Of a DNA stretch of 64,000 nt, positions 40,957 to 49,150 are shown piece by piece. Within the stretch, counting starts at the first letter, position 1; each line of letters begins with the position of its first letter. Origin of the DNA: Promethearchaeota archaeon (GTDB taxonomy: Archaea; Asgardarchaeota; Lokiarchaeia; Sigyniarchaeales; SOKP01); assembly GCA_048939995.1 (NCBI GenBank), contig JBHLOY010000007.1, forward strand, positions 96,001 through 160,000, given 5' to 3'. The notes below the pieces were generated by a model that was not told the DNA's origin, did not search any database, and saw only the letters and a program-made list of their open reading frames with translations. A program made the translations under genes and the position numbers.

Positions 40957-41400
40957 CTACCTTGAATCTCTATATTTTAAAATTAATTCTTTTAGAATAT
41001 TTATGATTAAATCAGCATGTTTTTTATGATCCTCTGATAAACCATGTAATGCTTTATCTATGTCGTCAACAGTTAGACTATTTGAATATTCTAATGTTTT
41101 GCCTTCTATTAATAATGTAATTTGACTAGCAACAGCTACAGTGACTCCGCAACCATCAGTAATAAAATTAGCCTTTATAATTTTTTCACCCTCTATCCAT
41201 AGAAAGAATTCTACTAGATTTTTATGTTGGTCGAGACCCGAATGAGAAATTGTAACATTATTATTGAGAGGTCTACCCCAATTAGGAGGATCATGGCACA
41301 ACTTGACGATATATTCATTAAAATCTTCTATCTCTTTTTGCATTATTTCTTTTTGAAGTTTATCAACAAAATCGTCAAAATCCTTGTTATTATCAGTCAT
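40957..41400 (-). CDS. IscU/NifU-N-like scaffold homolog, degenerate
   Basis: FITDGCG...AVAS.....IEGKT and L.GL...H fit the IscU fold; first and third Cys ligands are absent. Confidence 0.65.
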   Translation of the reverse strand: MTDNNKDFDDFVDKLQKEIMQKEIEDFNEYIVKLCHDPPNWGRPLNNNVTISHSGLDQHKNLVEFFLWIEGEKIIKANFITDGCGVTVAVASQITLLIEGKTLEYSNSLTVDDIDKALHGLSEDHKKHADLIINILKELILKYRDSR

Positions 41401-41401
41401 T

Positions 41402-41686
41402 TTATTCTTTATTAATAGTATGTTTTAATACATGGTTTGTTAAATTTTTCAATCTTTCAGTTTCATCCGGTAATTTATAGTATTTGTCTAAAACATCGAG
41501 AATATTCTCACTTAACTTATTATGTTCTTCAATACAGCTACTTTTTTCCAAAAAGTCTTGACCATATCGTTGAGCTGCAACGTTTTCAGTTACTTTGATT
41601 AATTCAGTCGCAATTATACTATTTATATAAATAAGATCTGATAGCATATTCTTTATATATAGAAGTAATTTAATCTGATCAGACAT
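41402..41686 (-). CDS. hypothetical helical protein
   Basis: 94-aa ORF tightly coupled (1-nt gap) to the IscU-like gene. Confidence 0.6.
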   Translation of the reverse strand: MSDQIKLLLYIKNMLSDLIYINSIIATELIKVTENVAAQRYGQDFLEKSSCIEEHNKLSENILDVLDKYYKLPDETERLKNLTNHVLKHTINKE

Positions 41687-41761
41687 AATAACTAAAATAA
41701 ATTGCTTATTTAATCTTTTTTTATAACAAGCAATACAAAAAAGTTCTTTTTATAGAAAGTT

Positions 41762-42235
41762 ATGGATTACAAAAATTTTCATGATGGGCTTTTGTCATTA
41801 TCACTTGTTTTATTCCTTTTCTCATTTACATTTTTGATTGTTTCGGTTATTTTGAAACCTTATATTGCCTTAGAACCTTCTGAAAGGGATTTTATTATTA
41901 TTATAACAAGTGTTAATATGATTTTCAGTTTATATTATATAGTAGAAGCTTTACGATTGAATAAAATATTTAAATTAGATATTAAATATATAATTAAATT
42001 TGCGAAACGAATTGGTATAATTTCATTACTCTATATTCCAAATCTATTTCTACTTGTCTTGTTATTGTTTAGCGATTTGCATAATTTACAGATATTGATG
42101 ACAACTCTTACAATATTTATAGGAACCTTATTATTAGGTGTTATATTCAAAGAAGTTTATGATCTCATCTTTAAGGATGAGACAGAAAGGAAATTTGAGT
42201 TAGAAAAAAACCGAAAATTATATTTTCACATATAA
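41762..42235 (+). CDS. 4-TM membrane protein
   Basis: Four hydrophobic segments. Confidence 0.6.
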   Translation: MDYKNFHDGLLSLSLVLFLFSFTFLIVSVILKPYIALEPSERDFIIIITSVNMIFSLYYIVEALRLNKIFKLDIKYIIKFAKRIGIISLLYIPNLFLLVLLLFSDLHNLQILMTTLTIFIGTLLLGVIFKEVYDLIFKDETERKFELEKNRKLYFHI

Positions 42236-42238
42236 AAG

Positions 42239-43492
42239 TTATTGTTTTGTTAATTTTTCAATTGCAGTATCAATCATCTTAAGTTTAATAGAATACTTCT
42301 CCATTATTTCAGCAAACTTCTCTACATCAATTTCATTATTTTCTCTTAAAGATTTCAATTCATTTATAGTCCTGAGTATTCCTGCCTTTTTATCATTTAA
42401 TTTCTCTCTTTTGCTATAAGGAATTTTTTGTTCCAACTTCTTCTTTTGGAAAGATTTAAATCTCTTTATATTTAAATCCTTAGGTACAAATTTAGTTAAA
42501 TATATAACATTTTTAGGAACAAATGGTGCTAAATTTTCAGGAATAATCACAATAGGTTCAGGATCTTGAATTTTTTTGATCTCATCATAATGTAATGTTT
42601 CCACTTCATTACTTTTGATCTGATCCTCTACAATCGATAAATTCAATTTTATGGCTTCTTGGTCATCATCAGATAAATGGGTTAAATTTTTAATCATATC
42701 TTCCCAAATCTCTTTGGCTTTGAGATAGTAAAAATTAGCTTTTTGCTGTAATTTATTGACTTTTTCTTTATTAATAGATGTTATCGATGATTCTAATGAT
42801 GCAAGCGCCTTTAAATGGCATGCTCGCCCCATATCAAAATGAAATTGCGCTCTCAATTGATACTTCTTTTTTTCGTCATGCTTCTTTAAATAAAAAACTC
42901 TTTTAGATAATGCGCTTAACCCTGCATAAAGTTTTGAAGCAAAATATATGTTATTTTTATTTTCTTCCCGCAAAGCAGCTATACTTTGTGCTAATATGCG
43001 AGTTTCTTCTGAATTTAACTCAAGGTTTTCTGAATTTAGAGATGTGCCCTGTTCTGATTGTTGAGTTACTGCTGTACTAAAATAAGCTGCTGTTTTATAA
43101 TACTTACTACTTTCAGCCATTGCAACAATAGCATTTTCCCAATCTTGTTCTTCTTCAAACTTTTCTGATAATTGAGAATAAGCTCTTGATAAGACCCATA
43201 ATACACGGGCACACTCAAACATTATATCTCTTATTTCAATTTCACGATTATTTTCAAGAGGATCTAAAAAGGAGGAAGTTATATCTAACTTTTTTAATAT
43301 TTCATACTGATTTTGGTTCTGATAATTAATGTTTAATATTTTAGTATATTCCAAGATAAGGTTTAAATCATCTAAACTAAAATGTTCTTCCTCTTTTTCT
43401 AAAGCGTCTTCTAACTTTTTGATTTTAAAATGCAAATAACGAATTCTTTGCATTAAGTCATCTGTAAAAACAACAGACATTTTCTTTTTCAA
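42239..43492 (-). CDS. hypothetical alpha-helical (TPR-like) protein
   Basis: A/Y-periodic helices (YYKTAAYF, ANFYYLKAKEIW); no recognised family. Confidence 0.55.
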   Translation of the reverse strand: MKKKMSVVFTDDLMQRIRYLHFKIKKLEDALEKEEEHFSLDDLNLILEYTKILNINYQNQNQYEILKKLDITSSFLDPLENNREIEIRDIMFECARVLWVLSRAYSQLSEKFEEEQDWENAIVAMAESSKYYKTAAYFSTAVTQQSEQGTSLNSENLELNSEETRILAQSIAALREENKNNIYFASKLYAGLSALSKRVFYLKKHDEKKKYQLRAQFHFDMGRACHLKALASLESSITSINKEKVNKLQQKANFYYLKAKEIWEDMIKNLTHLSDDDQEAIKLNLSIVEDQIKSNEVETLHYDEIKKIQDPEPIVIIPENLAPFVPKNVIYLTKFVPKDLNIKRFKSFQKKKLEQKIPYSKREKLNDKKAGILRTINELKSLRENNEIDVEKFAEIMEKYSIKLKMIDTAIEKLTKQ

Positions 43493-43614
43493 TAGGTTTT
43501 TGTTAAATTTAAGTTAATTAAAATATTAAATCATCATTTTAAAACTAATCTATAAAAATGTTTTAATTTCAATTAGATCTATAAAATTCTGAATACAAAA
43601 TATCTAAAATTATC

Positions 43615-44910
43615 ATGACGAAAGACCGAATTTTTATCTTAGAATTTGTTACTGGTGGAGGATTTAATCAAGTTGAGATTCCAGATTCGCTTTTTGCTGA
43701 AGGTTATGGCATGTTAAGGTCTGTTATAGAAGATTTTAAAGATCTGGGTTTTGAAATCGAGACAATTATTGATTTTCGCTTAACCTTATTGTCAAAATAT
43801 CTAAAAGCAGACTTTATAAACGTTATTCAAAAATCTGATAACTTTTTTAAGAAGTTTAAAGATTGTGTTAAAAAAAATAAATTTTGTTTTATCATTGCTC
43901 CTGAGTTTTCAAATATCCTTTATAAGTTAACAAAAATAGCATTTGACAATAATAAAACAGTGTTAAGTGTTAATTTAAGCGGAATTAAATTAGGAAGCTC
44001 CAAATTAAAAACTTATTACTTCTTTCAAGAGAATAAGATTAACACTCCTACAACATTTTTAATTCCCTATAAACAAGATAATTTTGATATTAATTTCATA
44101 ATTAAAAAATTTAGACAATTTAACACCCCAATTATAATAAAACCCGAAGATGGAGTTGGAGCAGAAGATATTTATTATTTCAATGCTGAAAAAAAAATAT
44201 TAGAACTTTTCAGTAAAAAATCCCATCTAATAGATCAATCACGAACTTATATATTACAAAAATATGTCCAAGGAAAAGATTTAAGTGTTTCCTTAATTGG
44301 CCACAAAAATCCTCCAATGATAATTAGTATTAATACTCAAGATGTCGATATAAAAAATCTTGGTAAAGAATCACATTATTTTGGGGGATATACCCCTGTT
44401 GAGAATTGGGTCGATCTAAAGATTAATTTAGAGAAATATATTGAAAAATTTAAGCAATTTGATGGGTATTTCGGTTTAGATTTTATCCAACAAGAAAATG
44501 GAAGACTAAATTTTATAGAAATTAATCCAAGATTAACTACCTCATATATAGGTATAAGAAATATAATTAAAGAAAACCTTATGTCGGTTCTTTTGAATAT
44601 TAGAGAGAATAAATTTGATTTAGATGAAATTCCACTTCAATATTTTTCAAAATTTGGGCATTTAACTCTAAAATACAAAGGAAAAGTACCTTATGAGGAA
44701 ATAAATAAGAAGATAATCCCTCAAATATTAAAAGATGTTCCAGAAATAGTTACACCCCCAATAAAGCTTAAAATTATTCAACAAGATTGTTATTCTTGTT
44801 TTATTGCTACTAAAACAAAAGATCCTCTCGCTTCTAACATAAGGATTAAGAGGATTTTACAAATACTAAAAGAAAAAGACTTTATTGTTAAATCGTCAAA
44901 GCTAATATAA
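43615..44910 (+). CDS. ATP-grasp ligase, MfnD (tyramine-glutamate ligase)-like
   Basis: EFVTGGG, EGYGML, IIAPE, IIKPEDGVG, SINTQ, YFGG, GYFGLD, IEINPRLTTSY. Confidence 0.75.
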   Translation: MTKDRIFILEFVTGGGFNQVEIPDSLFAEGYGMLRSVIEDFKDLGFEIETIIDFRLTLLSKYLKADFINVIQKSDNFFKKFKDCVKKNKFCFIIAPEFSNILYKLTKIAFDNNKTVLSVNLSGIKLGSSKLKTYYFFQENKINTPTTFLIPYKQDNFDINFIIKKFRQFNTPIIIKPEDGVGAEDIYYFNAEKKILELFSKKSHLIDQSRTYILQKYVQGKDLSVSLIGHKNPPMIISINTQDVDIKNLGKESHYFGGYTPVENWVDLKINLEKYIEKFKQFDGYFGLDFIQQENGRLNFIEINPRLTTSYIGIRNIIKENLMSVLLNIRENKFDLDEIPLQYFSKFGHLTLKYKGKVPYEEINKKIIPQILKDVPEIVTPPIKLKIIQQDCYSCFIATKTKDPLASNIRIKRILQILKEKDFIVKSSKLI

Positions 44911-45784
44911 ATGAGAAAGCTCCATAATGAATTAATAATGAAATAATAAGAGCACTTTCAATCTTAAGATGCTTATTTATGATTAAATTATATGTCAAAA
45001 GCCATAATGACCAAACTTGAAATATTATCATTAGTATATTATCTATAATGCTTACTGCTGAAATTATTAGAACATCTAAAACCTTGAAAAGATAATGAAT
45101 TGATAAGTATATTATATTGGGATAAAAATTAAGACTAAAAGTTAATAAAAATTTAATAGTATTCTCCTTTCTCTTATAAATAAGGCGACAGATAATCTCA
45201 TTGATAAAATAATAAAATAAAAAGTTTAAAATAAAAACAGTCCCAAAAAGAACCTGCAAAGCTAAATTACTAGCTTGAACTAATTGGCTTATATCAAAAA
45301 AGAATAAAAATATAGGAAAGAAATTATTCAAATTACTAAATGTAATACCCAGACTCAAAATACAAACAGAGAGGATAACAGAATAGATTCTATATCCGCC
45401 CTCATAATTTATAAACCTTTTTGGTGTTAAAAACATTAGACTCTTTAGAATCGGAGAGTTAAATTCTCTTGATGAAAAATCTGGGGCAATTATGTTTTCA
45501 ATATTATTCTTTAAAGACTCGTAAGCATGTTCTCCTAATTCGGTTAAATAATATTTTTTATCGTTACCTTGCTCAATAAGTTGAGATAAAGCCTCTAAAT
45601 GATGGTAAATCGTACCAGTACTTACTTTCAGTTCCTTTTTAAGCTGAGTAAAGGAAGAAAATTCACTTTCCCCAATGATCTTAATAATTCTTCGTCTAAG
45701 ATCATGTCCTAAAGCATAATAAAAATTGGATTCTAAATCTCCAGATTTATTTTTATCAATATCTTCTTCTTTTTTTCCTAAAAT
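44888..45784 (-). CDS. ArsR-like winged-HTH fused to a multi-TM membrane domain (probable ATT start)
   Basis: Frame is open 116 codons upstream of the track's ATG 45436 and encodes ALGHDLRRRIIKII...SFTQLKKELKVSTGTIYHHLEAL...YYLTELG; that stretch has no in-frame ATG/GTG/TTG. Confidence 0.7.
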   Translation of the reverse strand: MLGKKEEDIDKNKSGDLESNFYYALGHDLRRRIIKIIGESEFSSFTQLKKELKVSTGTIYHHLEALSQLIEQGNDKKYYLTELGEHAYESLKNNIENIIAPDFSSREFNSPILKSLMFLTPKRFINYEGGYRIYSVILSVCILSLGITFSNLNNFFPIFLFFFDISQLVQASNLALQVLFGTVFILNFLFYYFINEIICRLIYKRKENTIKFLLTFSLNFYPNIIYLSIHYLFKVLDVLIISAVSIIDNILMIIFQVWSLWLLTYNLIINKHLKIESALIISLLIHYGAFSFILALTI

Positions 45785-45786
45785 TT

Positions 45787-46209
45787 CTAACTCCCTTCTA
45801 TAGATTTTTCTCGAGTTAACAGAACATTTAAGTTATGGAAAAAGATTAAAATAGCTCCAATAATCGATATATAAAACCCAATACCAGCATTAAGAATATA
45901 AATAATCTCCTGTGGTATTAATTCAAAAATAAAAACAAGAAAAAATGCAAATCCAATGAAATTGATTATGATCGAATTGATTCTATAGTCTCTTTTAATA
46001 TAAATTAGTAATGTTCCTACTAAGCAGATAGATCCACTAACAAGAGGGAATAAATATAAAAAAGCATTTCCTAACTCAACACTAGTGGTTATAATAAAAA
46101 TCTCTATTAAAGAATAACCAGAGAACCATGATAAGAACTGGGAAATAATTAGGAGTATTGATCCTATTAATCCTAGTAAACGATAATCAATATTAAAATT
46201 AAATTTCAT
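45787..46209 (-). CDS. 4-TM membrane protein
   Basis: SQFLSW...GIGFY motifs, four helices; GAGGA upstream. Confidence 0.6.
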   Translation of the reverse strand: MKFNFNIDYRLLGLIGSILLIISQFLSWFSGYSLIEIFIITTSVELGNAFLYLFPLVSGSICLVGTLLIYIKRDYRINSIIINFIGFAFFLVFIFELIPQEIIYILNAGIGFYISIIGAILIFFHNLNVLLTREKSIEGS

Positions 46210-46345
46210 ATTTAATCCTCAAATTATGATTTTTCCATCTGAACATTCAATTAGTATAAAATCATATATTTAATATTTATTCTCAATTTTAACTTCACTT
46301 ATAGTCGAATTGCTAGGATTGTTGATATTATTATTGGTTTTTTAA

Positions 46346-46362
46346 GCTGATAAGTTATCAGC
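46346..46362. promoter_or_regulatory. perfect palindrome, candidate operator
   Basis: GCTGATAA-G-TTATCAGC in the spacer between divergent genes. Confidence 0.45.
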
Positions 46363-46476
46363 ACTCTCTTAATTTAATCTCAAAGATATAAACATTCAAA
46401 TAATATAAAATTAAATATTAATATTAAATCATCTTTTCAATTTCAAGAACAAATTTATAGATTTATTTGAATAATT

Positions 46477-47805
46477 ATGTCATCTGAAGAAGAATGGTTG
46501 GATATGGATTCAATTCCTCTTTTTGATTACCTAAAAAAGGAAGTACCTGTTGATGATCTAAAAGATGTTGCTTCCCCTAGAAGAATAAAAAGTATAGATT
46601 TTGTTAAAGGCTTAGCAATTATATTCGTAATACTTGCACATACTGCGTCATCTTGGCTGGATTATCAGTGGATCTATCTTTATGGGATAATGTATGCTTT
46701 ACTTGACATTCTTGGACCTTCTTTATTTGTTTTCCTTTCAGCTCTTAGTGTAATTTTTAGTGTAAGAAGAAAAGAAGGAGTTTTACCAAATAAAGTCATT
46801 AGAAATGGGATCATAATGCGGGGAGTCGTTATTATGGTAATAGGAATATTATTTAATATCCCATCAGTTTTCATTTTGGGAGGAGGTATACTCAATATCT
46901 GGAATTGGAATATCTTAGTATTTATTGGCTTTTCTCAAATCGTCTCACTTTACGCATTTAAGTTAGGCAAGACAACGAGAGCGATAATTGGTACATTTAT
47001 TATCTTTACTTCAGATGCAATCAGACAATTTCTTTTCGATGGAGAACAAGCTGGAAATATATTTATAACTATAATTCGTTATATTGTTGTCTCTCCAAAT
47101 CCTATGACGCCATTAATTCCATTCTTATCTATTTGTTTTTTATCAACAATTTTTGGTGAGTATCTTTATGATGCAATGATAGATGGAACCAAACAAGCAT
47201 ATACAGTTCTTTTTAGAATATTTCTCTTTTGGGGGATTACACTCATCCTTATTGGTATTGTTTATCCATTTATTATAGGAACTCCGCTTCAAACACCCTC
47301 TACTTTATCAAATATTGATTATCCTCATTTAGATTTGCTAGCAACCGCAAATTCTCAAACTTTTACAGATTTTAGATTCTCAGGAATGCCTGATTTTCTA
47401 ATTAGAGGTAGATCATCAAATATGTGTTATAATTTAGGTTGGGCGTTATTTTTAATAGCAATTTGCTTCTACTTAATCGATATCAAAGGAAAAAGTAATA
47501 GTTTTACTGGTATGTTAATCTATTATGGCAAGGTTTCTCTAAGTTTGTTTCTTGTACATTATACATTTATAAGTTTATTTTATAGATCCCTTAATCTTCT
47601 ACTCTTTATTTTCATATGGTTAGCATTCACAGGATTAATGGGGTTCTTAATGTATATGTGGATTGAGTTTGCTAAGGGAGTGGGAAGTCCAGAATATCTT
47701 ATCGTTCAGATTGGCAGAATCGGACAAAAAACAACATATGAAATTAAAAAAGAAACTCATCTTATCGCAGAGAAAATTAAGAAGGAGCATTCTAAAGAAT
47801 CTTAA
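46477..47805 (+). CDS. DUF1624/HGSNAT-like membrane acyltransferase
   Basis: RIKSIDFVKGLAIIFVILAH, P.LFVFLS, NILVFIG, GKVSLSLFLVH. Confidence 0.75.
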   Translation: MSSEEEWLDMDSIPLFDYLKKEVPVDDLKDVASPRRIKSIDFVKGLAIIFVILAHTASSWLDYQWIYLYGIMYALLDILGPSLFVFLSALSVIFSVRRKEGVLPNKVIRNGIIMRGVVIMVIGILFNIPSVFILGGGILNIWNWNILVFIGFSQIVSLYAFKLGKTTRAIIGTFIIFTSDAIRQFLFDGEQAGNIFITIIRYIVVSPNPMTPLIPFLSICFLSTIFGEYLYDAMIDGTKQAYTVLFRIFLFWGITLILIGIVYPFIIGTPLQTPSTLSNIDYPHLDLLATANSQTFTDFRFSGMPDFLIRGRSSNMCYNLGWALFLIAICFYLIDIKGKSNSFTGMLIYYGKVSLSLFLVHYTFISLFYRSLNLLLFIFIWLAFTGLMGFLMYMWIEFAKGVGSPEYLIVQIGRIGQKTTYEIKKETHLIAEKIKKEHSKES

Positions 47806-47955
47806 AAAAATCAAGTTTGATGCTTAACTATATATCTAGACTCTCCCACCTTTATCTATTGCTAAACATATAAATACCTTAAATATAATATATCAAATAT
47901 ACAAAAGCAGATTTGAAATTTTAAATTAGTCTATTTTTACATCCATACTTAAAAT

Positions 47956-48492
47956 GTGTTGAATAAAATGCAAAAAACTACGTATAAGTTTAAAATAACT
48001 CTTTTTGGGGCAGGTGGCGTGGGTAAAACCTCGCTTTTAATTAGGTATATAAAGGATTACTTTAATCCAGATTTAAAGCAAACGATAGGTTCTAATTTTT
48101 TAATAAAAGATGTTGAAATTGGAGATACAAACATTAGATTACTTCTTTGGGATATAGGAGGTCAAGAACAATTCCAAAAACTCCGTAGCATTTATTTTAA
48201 AGGTAGTAACGGAGCATTTGGCGTTTTTGATGTTACAAGCCAACCTTCCTTATTGAAGCTACCAGGTTGGATAAGTAGCATTAAAAAATCAGTTAAAAAA
48301 TCGATTCCTATGATAATTGTTGGCAATAAGACAGATTTAGAACGACAAGTAGAGAGAGAAGAAGCAGAAGACTTAGCACAAAGGCTTAATTGTTGTGATT
48401 ATATTGAAACTTCTGCGAAAACTGGGGAAAATGTAGAGGAGGCATTTATAAAGCTAGCCCAAGCATGCTTAAACAGCACATTAGAGGAATAA
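47956..48492 (+). CDS. Rab-like small GTPase
   Basis: GAGGVGKT, TIGSNF, WDIGGQEQF, GNKTDL, ETSAK. Confidence 0.92.
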   Translation: MLNKMQKTTYKFKITLFGAGGVGKTSLLIRYIKDYFNPDLKQTIGSNFLIKDVEIGDTNIRLLLWDIGGQEQFQKLRSIYFKGSNGAFGVFDVTSQPSLLKLPGWISSIKKSVKKSIPMIIVGNKTDLERQVEREEAEDLAQRLNCCDYIETSAKTGENVEEAFIKLAQACLNSTLEE

Positions 48493-48498
48493 CCATAA

Positions 48499-49122
48499 TT
48501 ATTTGAATTTAATGTCATTAGCTAAAAAGTCTTCTTTAAGTTTCTCAATATCATTAAATTTGATGGCATTTATTTTAAGAGCTTTAGCTGCTTTTACGTT
48601 ATTTAGGCCATCATCGATAAATAATATTTCCTCTGGTTTACATTTGGCTTTTTTGATAGCCAATTTAAAAATTGCTGGATCAGGTTTAGTTAAATGAATT
48701 TCATGAGATAAGATGAAATCATCAAATAAATTCCAAATATCCCAATTTTGCTTTTTTAAATATTTCCAATGGCTGACATTAATATTTGACAAGCACATCA
48801 ATTTCACGTTATTGGATTCTTTAATGGATTTAATTAATTCTAATATCTCCAAATTAATATCTGCAATTATACTATTAAATGCTTCATAGAAGGCTTTTTG
48901 GTTTAATGAACAAACTTGAAGTAATTCACAAGCAAGTTGATAAAATTCTTCTTTAGTAATTTTACCTTGATGAAATGTATCAGATTGCCGAAAAAATTCC
49001 ATCATAATAGGAGTATTGGGCTTATTTAACGGAGATGGTGTAATTACTTCATTAAAAAAACGACTAAAATCTAGCTCAACAATAACTCCTCCTAGATCAA
49101 AGATAATGCATTTAACAACCAT
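48499..49122 (-). CDS. HAD-superfamily phosphatase (YihX-like)
   Basis: FDLGGV, LSN, KPDPAIF, FIDD...NV.AA. Confidence 0.88.
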   Translation of the reverse strand: MVVKCIIFDLGGVIVELDFSRFFNEVITPSPLNKPNTPIMMEFFRQSDTFHQGKITKEEFYQLACELLQVCSLNQKAFYEAFNSIIADINLEILELIKSIKESNNVKLMCLSNINVSHWKYLKKQNWDIWNLFDDFILSHEIHLTKPDPAIFKLAIKKAKCKPEEILFIDDGLNNVKAAKALKINAIKFNDIEKLKEDFLANDIKFK

Positions 49123-49150
49123 AAACGAAATTACTCCCGTTACCCAAACA

